A stretch of 64,000 nucleotides of DNA from an uncultured Alphaproteobacteria bacterium (GCA_963833715.1 CAWHZB010000001.1:1185-65184); one strand, 5' to 3'; positions 50,265-61,283 are shown, numbered from the stretch's first letter. Notes: generated from the sequence alone by a model not told the origin. Numbers and translations are program-made.

Positions 50265-52617
50265 TCAGTTTGCTTCCTGCTCTTTGCCGAGAAACTTGTT
50301 GAGCAGCTCCTTGGCCTTCTCTTTGGTTTTCGCATTCGAGCCGTCGTCGTCCTTCTTTCCGAAAAGCTGATCGACGATCTGGCTGGCATTCTTGCCTTTG
50401 AACTTCTTGCCGATTTCCTTGAACGTTTCGACCGTCTTGTGCGGGTCCGCAAGCACGCCTTTGAGGTCCGCCTGGTACTTCGGCTTATCCCAGGAACCGC
50501 TGATCCGCACCGGCACCTCGATGCCCGAGAGCTTGTCGTCGCCCTGCTGTCCTTCAGGCGAGGCAACGAGCTTCGGCTTCACCGTATAGTCGACCGTGCG
50601 CTCCGGCATATGAGCCGTGCCGGTCCCCGTCACCCGCAGCATTGGGCTGACGAGCTGAAGATCATGGTTCTGGGCGACGCCATTGGCGATCTCGAATGTC
50701 GCAGAAAGCTCGCTGAAGTCGGTCTTTTCCGATGGAGCTTTCCTGAGGCCCGAGAGGTCGCCGTTGGCGATGCCGCGTATGGCGCCGGGCAAATTGAAGC
50801 CGACGATGGTCCCATTCGCAAATCGGAAGTTGGCCTTGCCGTTGAGCGTTTTGACGAGCTGGAGTTGGCTCGCTCCGTTGGCGGTGAGTTGCAGGCCGAC
50901 CGTCGTTTTGCCTGCGATCCACTCGAATTTCGCGGCATCCTTCAGGAACGGCAGCGCGGAAACGCTGTCGAGATCAAAGTTTGCGCCGATATTGGCGGTG
51001 CTTGCGGACCCGTCGACGGACAGAACGCCTTTGCCGTGTCCCTGATAAAGCTGAACGTCATGGAAAGTCGCCGTCATCGCTTTGTTCTGCACCGCCACAG
51101 AGACGGACGATTGGCCGATCGAAATGTCGTTGAAGCGAAGCTTGCCGACGTGAAGCTGGGCATTCCCGTCGGCGATGCCCAGCAGCGTGAGGTTCAGCCG
51201 CTCGCTCGACCATCCGGCGCGTTGGATGGCACCGTAGACTTTGGAGCCGGGCGAATTCAGGAGCTTCTCGATTTCATCGGGCGCTGATTGCGTGCCGTCT
51301 CCGGTGCCGGGTTTCAGGGCCGGCGCGGCGTTGCCGTCTTGCGGCTCGCCCTCGGGGGCGAGATTGCCCGTTACCGCGCTCGTCAGATATTTGTTGAGAT
51401 CGAGTTCGGCGATATCGAGGCTCGCCTCGACGCGGGGCCGCACCCCGCCGGTCGTCACCTTGACTGAACCCTTCGCGGTGGCGCCATCGAGGCCAAACTC
51501 GGCATTCGAAAAATCCGTGACGTTGCCGCTCGTTTTGAGCATCCCCTGGATGGACAGCGGACCGAACCCTGAGACCGGAGGCAGCGTTGTTCCGAACCAG
51601 TTGGCAAGAGCACGCGCCGACTCGGATTTCGCCGTGACCTGGCCTTCGAGATAGGCCTGGTCAGTTAAGAGTATGCCGCCATCATAAGAGGCGACGATCA
51701 GCGGATTCCGAGCGTTGAACGCGAGCTGACCCGGCTTATGGTTGAAGATGCTTTGAACGTCCGACAGCTTGCCGTCGAAGTCGATGCGCTGATCGCGCCA
51801 GATGAGATTGCCGCTACCGGTGAGCGGGCTCTGCAACGAATCGAGACCGAGCTTGACGTTGACGGCGGACACTTGCTGCACCTTGCCGTTGCGCTCGTCA
51901 GTGAAGCGCAGCGTTCCGTCTTCGACCCTCACGTCATCAAGCTGCAAATCGCTTAAGCCGCGCAATCTTGACGGCGCCGGACTCGAGGACTCTGGGACTT
52001 GTCGATGCGGGGTCGCCATCGGCGGCGGCAACGTCGACCGGTTCGGTGTCGCGCTTCGATCCTGCGAGATGCACCTCGGCGAACCGTACCGGCACATCGC
52101 GCGCCGCAAAATCCCAGTTGTTGTGACCGCTCTTGTCGACGCGGAACTCGAATATCGGCCTCCTCAGAACAATCGAATTGATTTCGACTTGGCGCGAGAG
52201 AAGCGTCATCGCCTCCACGCTGACATCGAGCGCCTGTATGTCAACGAGCTTGCCGTCCTTGCCGGGTGGGCCCGACAGCGAGACGTCTTTGAACGAAACA
52301 CCGAGAACCGGAAAAAACGTGAAATTGGCGGGACCGGCGACGATGAGATCTCGACCGGTCCTGGCCTTGACCTGCTCGCTGATTTTCTGACGGATCAGAG
52401 CGCTCGGCGGATTGACGAGAAGATACGCAACGCCTCCGCCGGCGACGAGAATGACGAAGAGAAAGAAATAGACGACGCCAAGCAGCAGACCGCCGCGACG
52501 ACGAGGCGGTCGAGGACGCGGACCCTTTCGCGGCCCCGAACCGAGCGGTGCGCGTTCAAAGCTTGGCCGGTAAGTCGAGAGCGGAGGCGGCGGTGGCACG
52601 GGATTCTGCGGAGCCAT
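50265..52617 (-). pseudogene. AsmA-family (bridge-like lipid transfer) protein, frameshift near 51995
   Basis: N-terminal TM plus EQVKARTGRDL...F.FFP.LGVSF.DV...NW.F in ORF 51937-52653. AsmA body and C-terminus (T.FSELSA.F.I.NGVA.N.DL...P..RV.G.G...P.RI.G.W..P) in ORF 50265-52109. Confidence 0.85.
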
Positions 52618-52793
52618 TAGATCCCTCGTCAGCGCGGCGACTCGGCCGCGCATGGAATGTCAGGCATCATATCATGCGCGGATTGTGTCACTTCGGCGTT
52701 CACAGTAGCCGCATGATGCAAAGGGCCCAAGCGCCTTGGACATGGCGGGTATCCGTGTTCAATTGCGGCGCTGGCAAAGAGGCGAACATCGCT

Positions 52794-53579
52794 GTGATAA
52801 AAGTCTGCACACGCCTGATTTCCTGTGGATTTGCGCTCGGTTTAGCGCTTTCCGCGTCCGCGTCTGATGCGGCCGATATGACCGCTCGGCAAGTAACAAA
52901 ACTTTTGTTTGCTACGGCGGCGAATAGCCCTCCAGACCTCTCGAACAAAGATCTCTCGGGTCTCGATCTCAGCGGTCTCGACTTCAAGAAGGCCAGACTC
53001 GACGGCGTGAACTTCTATAGCGCGGATTTGTCGGGCGCCAATCTATCAGGCGCGAGCTTGAAGTCGGCGCGGCTGGATCGCGCGACGCTGATCGGCGCGA
53101 ATTTCTCAAGCGCGGATCTATCCGGCGCCAGCCTGCTGCGGCCGAATGTGTTTGCCGACATGGCAGCCCCGGAGAGGCGATCGGGCCTGACCTTTGCCGG
53201 CGCGCGACTTGTCGGAGCCAATTTCAACGGCAGATTTGATGGTGTCGATTTCGAGCGCGCCGATTTGACGGACGCATTCTTCGGGCCGCGCGATCCGCGC
53301 GAGGAAGTCTTGATTACGCCGATGATGAGTTTGGCGGGCGCGGATTTTACCGGCGCGATTCTCGCGGGCGCCGATTTCAGTGGCGATACTCTCGAAAATG
53401 CGAAGTTCGTCGGCGCCGATCTCACGGGTGCAAATCTACGGGATGCACGTCTCGGCGGAGCCGACTTCTCAAATGCCAACCTCGCCGGCGCCGATCTGAC
53501 AGGTGCCGACATGCGCGGCGCCTTCCTGAAAGACGCACTCGGCGTCAGCACAGCGATCGGCCTCGCCGCCGCTCCTTAA
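52794..53579 (+). CDS. Secreted pentapeptide-repeat protein
   Basis: Signal-peptide-like N-terminus (GTG 52794, AGAGG SD), DLSGLDLSGLDF and many A(D/N)LxX repeats. Confidence 0.88.
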   Translation: MIKVCTRLISCGFALGLALSASASDAADMTARQVTKLLFATAANSPPDLSNKDLSGLDLSGLDFKKARLDGVNFYSADLSGANLSGASLKSARLDRATLIGANFSSADLSGASLLRPNVFADMAAPERRSGLTFAGARLVGANFNGRFDGVDFERADLTDAFFGPRDPREEVLITPMMSLAGADFTGAILAGADFSGDTLENAKFVGADLTGANLRDARLGGADFSNANLAGADLTGADMRGAFLKDALGVSTAIGLAAAP

Positions 53580-53721
53580 GAACCTAGTCCGCATCTCCGC
53601 GGTTCGTTTGATCGGACAAGCCGTCAGCTTGCGCGAGTTGCAGTTGCACAACTAGGTTGCGCATTCATGACACGACCCCGCCTAGGTTGTGACACACGAC
53701 TCAGTGACGGCTTCTGTAGCC

Positions 53722-54450
53722 ATGAAAGTCACGACCTTCCTATTCGACAAACTTGGGCGCACCGGTCTGACAGCTGGTGCGTTTCTTTTCCGCAATCCTT
53801 TTGCCGCCGGTGGCCATTGCACGTACAACTCCCGAGTCCGGCGAACCAGCCGTGATCGCCGGACTTGGACATGTAATTGATGGTGACACGCTCGAGGTTG
53901 GGCAAACGCGGATCAGGCTCGAAGGTATCGACGCGCCGGAGATGGCTCAGACATGCAAACCGCGACCGGCGAAAGCTGGGATTGCGGGCGTAAGGCTGCA
54001 GCTCTCCTCAGAACGCTCGCCGGGCAGAGGGATCTCGCCTGCGATCGCACCGGCATCGACAAATACGGGCGGACCCTGGCCGTCTGCTACGAGGACGGCG
54101 TCAACGTCAACGAGGCGATGGTGCGCGCCGGGTTAGCCTGGGCTTTCGTGAAATATTCAACGGAATTCGTCGCGGTAGAGGCCGAGGCGAAAAGCCGGAA
54201 GATCGGCGTCTGGCAAGGTGCGGCCGAGGCGCCTTGGGACTTCAGGCACGGCGAATTGCGGGTCGCCGAAAAGGCGGCGCCGAAAGACTGCGCGATCAAA
54301 GGAAATATCTCGTCCAGGGGGCACATCTATCATCTGCCGTGGAGCCCCTGGTACGACAGAGTAAACATCGACGAAGCGCGCGGCGAGCGCTGGTTCTGCT
54401 CTGAAGCCGAGGCGCAGGCCGCCGGCTGGCGTCCAGCGTCATCGAATTAA
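53722..54450 (+). pseudogene. Thermonuclease (SNase-like, ExoI-type) family protein, frameshifts ~53790 and ~53958
   Basis: VIDGDTL, RIRLEGIDAPE..QTC, DKYGRTLA.C, A.V..G.AWAF and C-terminal CAIKGNIS...IYH.P...RWFCSEAEA..AGWR spread over three frames. Confidence 0.85.
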
Positions 54451-54533
54451 ACCGCCCTTGTCTTGACGGGGTGCGCCTGCGCACGGGATAAGTTTCAGCA
54501 ACGTCCGGTAGACGCGCGGACCTGGGGCTTCCG

Positions 54534-55323
54534 ATGAGGCAAGACATGAGATCAGCGGTCAGGCTGGTGGCCCCGTTTGTCACGGCCGCATCTCTTTTCT
54601 TCTCACATTCAGCCGCTGATGCGAGCGCTTGGGACGAAATTCGCGGCAGTGTCTATGGCACCAAAACCATAGCCGACGGTCGCGGCATCGTTAAGCTGAG
54701 GGTGTGCCGATTGGGATCACCGCCGCATTCAAGGACGGCCGTACCGTAAAAACCATTACATTCCTGATCGATGAGAATCCGACCTCGGTCGTTGCCGTGT
54801 TCCACACGCTGGCCGTGACAGCGTGGCGATCACGTCGAACTTCCGCGTCGATCGCCAATCGGACGTGCGCGTCGTCGTGGAGGCGAGCGATGGCCAGCTC
54901 TACATGGTCAGCCAGCTTGTGAAATTTGCGGGCGGACAAGCTTCGTGTTCGGCGCCGCCGCAGGGCGACCCCGCCGAAATAGTCGCCAACATGGGCAAGA
55001 TGCAAATGGCGCAGCTTCCGGCGGATGGCGTCGCCTCACCTATGCTCGGACATGCCAAGCTCGACCTTAGCCACCCGAACCATACCGGCATGGTTATGGT
55101 TCAGCAGACGCTGCTCTACACGCCGATAAAAATGGTGTCGGAGATCACCGTAAAGCACGGCGGCGATCTGGTGTTTCGCACCGAAGGCTCGATCGCGCTG
55201 TCGCAGGACCCCTCGATCGTTTTCGATTTCCAACGCCGCAACGTCCAGGATCTCACCGTCACGATAAAAGATACCGGCGGCGGTCGCTGGGTTCGCACCT
55301 TCCCCATTGGCCCGCAGAGCTGA
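54534..55323 (+). pseudogene. Quinoprotein-dehydrogenase-associated fused SoxYZ-like carrier protein, several frameshifts/deletions
   Basis: Signal peptide, W..IR..VYG, VPI, IDENP.SVVAVF, RVD..SDVRVV.E..DG.LY, VK..GG..CSAPP and SHPNHTGM are distributed over ORFs 54534, 54704 and 54823. Confidence 0.8.
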
Positions 55324-55349
55324 CCGGCGCGCATCAGACGCGTGCCGCC

Positions 55350-56596
55350 TCAGCGCATTGCCTCGCCCGCCCACACGACCGGTCCATCGCCGTCGTGGAA
55401 TGCCGCGATTGCGCTGGGGAGAGCGCGATAGCCCTCGACGCCGCACGCGCACTCAAACAGGCTGCAGTCGTCAGCCTCGATCGCGGCGCGCGTAATTTTG
55501 AGCGCAGGCGCCGGCATTTCGGCTTCGATGGCTTGGAGCGGCAGCCGGGCGATGCCTGCGCCAGGCTCAACGTCGCCGCGGATCAGCGCGCGTGTCAAAG
55601 CCACCGCCGGAAGCACCGGCACGTTCGGGCCTTCGCCGCGCTCGGCGATCAGACACCAGCGCGACCAGATGTGGCGGCCCTCCGCATCCAGCCCTGTGCA
55701 ATCGACCGTCATGGCACCGCGATCGGAGGCAAAGAGCCCCGTAAGGCGGCGCCTGGCTTCAAGCACCGGTGCCAGTCGGCTGCGAGGTTCTTAACAAAAC
55801 CGTGCTGCCTCAGTTTGGCGAGGAGCAGCAGACCGAATTGCTCGACACGCGACTCGAGCCCAGCGTAAAATGCAACTCGCGATGTGACGGCGAAGCGCTC
55901 CGGCAGCAGCACGGCGTCGGCGGTCGCAACCGGCGAGAGATAGCGCACGCCAAGTCCCGGCACGCACATGCGCCGTACGCTGCCCCATCCCGTGACATCG
56001 GCTCGTGCACCCTCTCGGTACGTTTCGATCGTTGTTCCGGCGTAGGAAAGAATGGCGCGGATGACGGCGATGCCGACGCGTCCGGCACCGCCCGGCATGA
56101 CGGCGATATCGACGCTGTCGAGGCGCTGCCATCGTCGCGTCAGGTCTTCGACCACCGCCGTCGACAGGGCGGGCGTCGAACTGGCACCGGCGCGCGCCAC
56201 GAGACCTTTACGGCGTGCGAGTCGGATCGAGCGTCGCTTCAAAGCCCATCAGGTAATCGCGCGCGTCGGCGAGGTCGATCCAGTGCGCGCCGAGTTCCAA
56301 GTGTGGCTCGTGCCAGATCGTAGCTGGCGGATTGAAACGGACCAGACGCGTCAATGACAAGCCACGGCGACAAGCAACTGCAACCGCTCGATGTCCGCAG
56401 GCCGGTCTCGATCAAAGGCAATGGCGCTGATCCTCGCGTTCGGATGCGAATCGACGAGCTCGCGCGCAATCGCGTTCGCACGCTGTTGGCTGCGCGACGT
56501 GGCGATAAGCTCGACGCCTCCGATGGCCGCTAGCCGTTCCGCGAGACGGCGGCCGAAAAACCCTGTCGCGCCGATCAGGACTATTCGCCGGAGCAC
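55350..56596 (-). pseudogene. Saccharopine-dehydrogenase-like NAD(P)-binding oxidoreductase, multiply frameshifted and C-terminally truncated
   Basis: LIGATGFFG.RL, VIDASGPFQ, H.IDLADAR, GASSTPALS and G.GP.VP motifs in changing frames; ends at VVWAGEA where a DUF4166 domain would normally continue. Confidence 0.8.
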
Positions 56597-57272
56597 GCTT
56601 GCACCTCCGTGTAGAGAGCTTCCTGATGGATGAGCGTTCCGAGCCACGGGTGGGCAAGATCGAGCGTAAAGAGAAACTCGTCCCCAGCCGTTTCGCGGTG
56701 CGTGACGACCGTCTGACCCGGCGCTAGCCAGCGCGGCATGCGGAAGCGGAGCCGGCCCAAGTCGATGAAATATCCGGCGCTCGTGAATACGAGCGTGCCG
56801 TTTTCGACGCTCAGCGCCAGCGCCATTCGGATGCCGTGGCCGATGTATTCCTCGAGCCCCGTCGGACCCGAAAATCGCTTTGTCGAGTGGATGACCTGCG
56901 GGAAGCCGCTCTTGCGCGCATAAACGCGCGTCCAGTTCTGGCCGCCTGAGACATCTCTCCCGTGACGGTCACGATCGTCGGTAGTCCGGTCTGACGCGCC
57001 AGCGGCAACGGCGCTCCGATGATGCGAAGCGCTTGCGCAAGCAGCCACCCGGCGCGGCTCATGGCGCAGATCGTGACATGGCCGGTGTAGATGGTCGTTG
57101 TTCCGCCGGCGAGCCGCTTCGAGAAGCGATGACGTACGGCCGGCGGCAGTGCCGCCCAGTCCGCAGGCGAAAGAAGGCCGCGAAAGCGAAAATCCTGGAT
57201 CTGCTCTGCAACGGCTGCATCAGCGTCGAGCGTCTTTGGCCGAACTTCGCGAAGAACCGCCGGGGCGGACAT
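56581..57272 (-). pseudogene. DUF4166-domain protein, frameshift ~56950
   Basis: FR.LL...W..LP.AVR.RFSKR, LLAQ..R.IGAPLP, then GQNWTRVY...FPQVIHS.KRF.GPTGLEEY.G...HPW.G.L..Q in the next frame. Confidence 0.8.
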
Positions 57273-57284
57273 GACATGCCTCGC

Positions 57285-57843
57285 TCACCGCTTCGCCGAC
57301 GGCAGGATCTTTGCGACCTTGGCGCCGAGCTTCATCAGCGTTTTGAGTTTTCCGCGCGGCAAGCTCAGCATTTGCTGAAACCAGCGATCCGCCGCGCTGG
57401 TGAACTCCAACATTTCGGACAGCCGCTTTTTGGCTAAGACGTCGACGCGAGGGTCGCTTTGTGCCTCGCTCGAGACAGGCGCGCAGGGTTTCCACAACGG
57501 GATCGATCTCGCGCGCCTTGCGCCCGATTGCGATGCGCGTCACCAGTTCCCAGATGTCGCCTTCGGCTTCGAAGTGATCGCGCCGGTCGCCGCGAATGGG
57601 AACGCGGCGGATAAGACCCCACCCCATGAGCTCCTTCAGCGAATTCGAAACATTGGATCGCGCGATGCCGAGCGAGTCAGCGATGTCTTCCGCGGTGAGC
57701 GGGCGGCCTGCCAGATAAAGCAGGGCGTGAATTTGCGAGACCGAGCGGTTGACGCCCCAGGCGCTGCCCATGTCTCCCCATTTGAGAACGAAGCGTTCGA
57801 CTGCGAAAGGGAGGCGATCAGAATTTTTAGTAATTTCTGTCAT
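57285..57843 (-). pseudogene. GbsR/MarR-family regulator, frameshift ~57470
   Basis: ERFVLKWGDMGSAWGVNRSV.QIHALLY...ARSNVSNSLKEL..W...GDRRDHF; the C-terminal RL.EMLEF helix is in another frame. Confidence 0.85.
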
Positions 57844-57905
57844 TACAGAAATATAGGACAAGCGGTAGTCGCGAGCAAGGGGGCGAGCAATCACATTGCC
57901 CAAAT

Positions 57906-57937
57906 AAAAAAGGCGCGCCTGCCATAGGCGCGCCTTT
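57906..57937 (-). terminator. Rho-independent terminator after the OmpA-family gene
   Basis: AAAGGCGCGCCT-GCCAT-AGGCGCGCCTTT stem with a minus-strand T run. Confidence 0.8.
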
Positions 57938-57960
57938 GAATTGTCTGTTACGGCAAGACG

Positions 57961-59949
57961 TCAGTCCGGGTTGGTGCCGTTGTAAGGCCTGTATTCATAA
58001 CCGCGGCCGTCGCCTTGATCGCTAGGCCCCTGGTCATCCTGTGGGCCGTCGGCGTTGTCCGGACCATCCCCTCGGTCATCGTAACCACCGTCGCGACTGT
58101 CGCTACGGGCGCTGGGCGGCGGCGGGCCGTCGCCACGCGCCAGCAGCGGCGTGATGCGTCTGACGGCAACACGACGATTGAGCCGCTCAGGCCCATTCGT
58201 CGGCACCTTCAGATAATCCTCGCCATAGCCTTGCGTGGTCAGGTTCTCGAACGGGACTTGGAACTGTTGGCTCAACACCTCGGCGACGGACTCGGCGCGC
58301 CGGTCGGAAAGCGACAGGTTGTCCTCGTTCGAGCCGACCGCGTCCGTATAGCCTTCAATCAGGAACACCTCGTTGGGGTTGCGACGGACCACGCGCATCA
58401 TGGCGCGCGCGATGCGTTCGAGCTTGTGATATTCGCTGGGATCGACGTCCCACGAGCCGAATTCGAAGTTGATGTCGTCGAGATCGACGCGGCGCATGCG
58501 GTCGCGCAACCGCGCTGTCGCACGGATCTCGTCGAGTGTGTAACGATCTCTGAAATCTTCGATCGGCGGGGCACTCAGCGCGTCATACACATCGTCCTCG
58601 CTCGCGTTGTCGTACTCGACGATGTACTTCTCGCGAGGAATTCTGACGCGAGGTTCCGGGACATCGACGAAGGAGTTTAAGATCGCAGCCCCGGCAACAA
58701 CGCCGAGACCTATTCCGGCCCCGATTGCGATATCCCTGCCGACGCCGTGTCCGCGCCTCCGGCGATTATCGATAATGATCACATCGCGTCCGTCCGGTCC
58801 GCGGCGATAGCGCCTCAGAAGCTGGCCGTTGGCATCCGTCTCGGAATAGATCTTTACGTTTCCGGGCCGGTCGATGATCGAAACGGTTGTGCCGCCGGCG
58901 CCCTTCTGGAAATGCGCATTCGGCGCGACTTTTCGCAGACGTTCGGTCTCGTCATGCTGAATGACCAGCCGATTATTCTGCTTGAACATGCGCCGGCCTG
59001 GCTCCTCGATGACGACGCTGCCGCCGGCCTCGACCTTCTCCTTCCTGGCGCTGCGAAGATTTTCGAATCGCTTGCGGGCATCGCCGGCGGAGAGAGCCTT
59101 CGGGGGTGTCGTCGCTAAGCCTGGCGTAGCCGGGTTGGTCGATGGCGCCGGGTTGACGACGACGGGCTTGTCCGTCGGTCCCTGATTTTTGTCCTTGTCT
59201 CCGAAATGCTTTTGAGAGTCGGGCTGGTTTTTGTCTTCCGCTTTGAATTTGTCGTCAGGAGGCGGCGTCTTAGAGAAAGTGGTGGCAGGCGGCTTCTTCG
59301 CATTATCGTCTTTGTCTCTGTCCCCATAGTGCTTGCGGAAGCCCGGCTTGTTTTGGTCTTCAGCCTTGGACTTGCCATCGGGTCCTTGCGTCTTCGGGAG
59401 ATCGCCTGGCGGCGTCTGCGTGGTCTCGTTCACGACCGGTGGCTTCCTCGTATTATCGTCTCTGTCTCCATAGTGCTTACGCAAGCCGGGCTTGTTTTGG
59501 TCTTCGGCCTTGAACTTGCCATCGGGACCTTGCGTCTTCGGGAAATTGCCGGGCGGCGTCTGCGTGGACTCGTTCACGACCGGCGGTTTTGGCGGCATCG
59601 TGTTGACGGCCGGTCTGCGCTTGTCCCAGGAATTCGGTCCGCCGTTCGGCGGCTGGTTGCCGAATTTCTTCGGTTCGATCTCGGGTGTTTGCCTATCGTC
59701 GGACTTGAACCCTGAGGGCTTTTCACCCTTCGAGTTCTGTCCGGCGTGTGGCTGGCGCTTCTCTCCACGCTGCTCGTCAGAACGGCCTTTCAACTCGTGA
59801 CGCTTCTTGTCTTTGTCCTTATCCTTATCGGTGTCTTGTACCGAATTATTTGCTGGCGCCTTATCTTCTGCCCGGACGACGGAAGGCATTGCGGCGATGG
59901 CCGTAAAGATCGAGGCGGCTGCAACAACCACCTGTCGAGAAGGAATCAT
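57961..59949 (-). CDS. OmpA-like peptidoglycan-binding domain protein with long repetitive N-terminal region
   Basis: Signal peptide; C-terminal INFEFGS, LIEGYTDAVG...NL.LS.RRAESV, GYGE and NRRV motifs. Confidence 0.9.
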   Translation of the reverse strand: MIPSRQVVVAAASIFTAIAAMPSVVRAEDKAPANNSVQDTDKDKDKDKKRHELKGRSDEQRGEKRQPHAGQNSKGEKPSGFKSDDRQTPEIEPKKFGNQPPNGGPNSWDKRRPAVNTMPPKPPVVNESTQTPPGNFPKTQGPDGKFKAEDQNKPGLRKHYGDRDDNTRKPPVVNETTQTPPGDLPKTQGPDGKSKAEDQNKPGFRKHYGDRDKDDNAKKPPATTFSKTPPPDDKFKAEDKNQPDSQKHFGDKDKNQGPTDKPVVVNPAPSTNPATPGLATTPPKALSAGDARKRFENLRSARKEKVEAGGSVVIEEPGRRMFKQNNRLVIQHDETERLRKVAPNAHFQKGAGGTTVSIIDRPGNVKIYSETDANGQLLRRYRRGPDGRDVIIIDNRRRRGHGVGRDIAIGAGIGLGVVAGAAILNSFVDVPEPRVRIPREKYIVEYDNASEDDVYDALSAPPIEDFRDRYTLDEIRATARLRDRMRRVDLDDINFEFGSWDVDPSEYHKLERIARAMMRVVRRNPNEVFLIEGYTDAVGSNEDNLSLSDRRAESVAEVLSQQFQVPFENLTTQGYGEDYLKVPTNGPERLNRRVAVRRITPLLARGDGPPPPSARSDSRDGGYDDRGDGPDNADGPQDDQGPSDQGDGRGYEYRPYNGTNPD
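59190..59589 (-). repeat. Intragenic tandem repeat: 144-bp and 150-bp units plus a partial third
   Basis: Units start at 59589, 59445 and 59295 (KPPVVNE.TQTPPG..PKTQGPDGK.KAEDQNKPG.RKHYGDRD). Confidence 0.9.
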
Positions 59950-60281
59950 GAGAGGTCCTCGTTCTTGTTGGCTCCAAAGCCATGCCGCTGTTCAAACCGA
60001 TGGCGGCGTCAGTCTCGTAGCAGAAGAGGGGTGCTTACTGGCATTTGTGCGGCAGGCCCCCAAAACTTCGGAAGCACGCATGGCATATCTTCGCGCCGAT
60101 GAAGCGCGGATGAATGAGCAACCGCTGCAAAGCGTGTGCGACGAACGCTGGCCGCTCTGTCATTGCAATGCGTTTTGGCAATTTGCGGACATCATTGTCT
60201 GAAGCTTAAAACCGCCCTTCGAAGGCAGAATTGCAGGTTCGGCGTAGCTTTTATCAGTTGGCGTTCAATTCGCGTGTGGAG

Positions 60282-60365
60282 CTAGTTGCTCAGCCGGGCA
60301 TTTTGGATGTTGTCGCAATACCGGGCATACGTCTTCCTGAGGCCTTCCTTCAGGCCGTACTTTGG
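60282..60365 (-). pseudogene. Possible C-terminal remnant of an NAD-dependent epimerase/dehydratase
   Basis: PKYGLKEGLRKTYARYCDNI...* resembles the P...L.EGL..T..WY tail of extended SDR epimerases; very short. Confidence 0.4.
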
Positions 60366-60367
60366 GG

Positions 60368-60555
60368 GACGACGGAAATCGCGCTGTTGGCACGATTCTC
60401 GATCCCAAAGGCAAGGCCATTGAATCTATAAGAAGAACCAAGCTTTCTATGGAGACGTGGATATTCTCGGAAAGCCATATAGCGGTGGATACGAGCCGAT
60501 CCGCGACGCCGGGCAGAACGTGATCGGCAGCTATTTTGTTGGCTACCCAAAGTAG
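60368..60555 (+). pseudogene. C-terminal remnant of a Cache 3/Cache 2 fusion sensor-domain protein
   Basis: DDGNRAVGTILDPKGKAIESIR, then after a frame change AFYGDVDILGKPYSGGYEPIRDAGQNVIGSYFVGYPK*. Confidence 0.7.
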
Positions 60556-60590
60556 GTCGGCAATTGAAACAAGAAAAGGTTCGCAAGGGC

Positions 60591-61283
60591 TCAGGATTGG
60601 GCCTTTCGTTGTGCATCCGGGATGAGGTGCTGCCGGAACCACTCGCGGGCCAGACGCGCCACTTCGTCAAGCGCACCTGGCTCTTCGAAGAGGTGCGACG
60701 CGCCTGGGATGATCACGAGTTGCTTTTCACATCGCAGTAGCGCGAGTGCTGCCCGATTGAGCTCAATGACTTGGACATCGTCGCCACCGACGATGAGCAG
60801 TGTGGGCGCGCGGACGCGAGGCAATGCCGCGCCGGCCAGGTCAGGACGTCCGCCGCGCGAGACGACCGCGTGTACCACCTCAGGACGCTCGGCCGCCGCT
60901 ACCAATGCCGCAGCGGCGCCGGTGCTCGCGCCGAAATAGCCGATCGAAAGGTGCCTCGTATCGACGTTCTGTGTGAGCCAGTCTGTTGCGGAGACGAGAC
61001 GTCCGGCGAGCAGACGGATATCGAAGCGCAGGTGCGCGGTACGCTGATCGATGGCCTCTTCTTCTGACGTTAGCAAATCGATCAACAGCGTCGCCAGCTT
61101 TGCTTCGTTCAGCACGCGCGCCACATAGCGATTGCGGGAACTGAAACGACTACTTCCGCTGCCGTGAGCAAACAGCACAACTGCGCGGGCGCCTTCCGGC
61201 AGATTCAAATTGCCCTCGATCGTTGCCGAGCCAGCCTTCACACGGACCAGGCGCTCTTCAACCGATTGTTCCGTTGCACTCAT
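60591..61283 (-). CDS. Dienelactone-hydrolase-like alpha/beta hydrolase
   Basis: VLFAHGSGSSRFS.RN, GYFGASTGAAAAL, VSRGGRPDLAG, TLLIVGGDD and PGASHLFEEPG motifs. Confidence 0.9.
   Translation of the reverse strand: MSATEQSVEERLVRVKAGSATIEGNLNLPEGARAVVLFAHGSGSSRFSSRNRYVARVLNEAKLATLLIDLLTSEEEAIDQRTAHLRFDIRLLAGRLVSATDWLTQNVDTRHLSIGYFGASTGAAAALVAAAERPEVVHAVVSRGGRPDLAGAALPRVRAPTLLIVGGDDVQVIELNRAALALLRCEKQLVIIPGASHLFEEPGALDEVARLAREWFRQHLIPDAQRKAQS

Noticed and set aside
53650-53735. Repeated CTAGGTTG and CACGAC words upstream of the thermonuclease gene
   Set aside because: Short and irregularly spaced (24 and 35 nt); not a CRISPR or iteron array, at most an operator.
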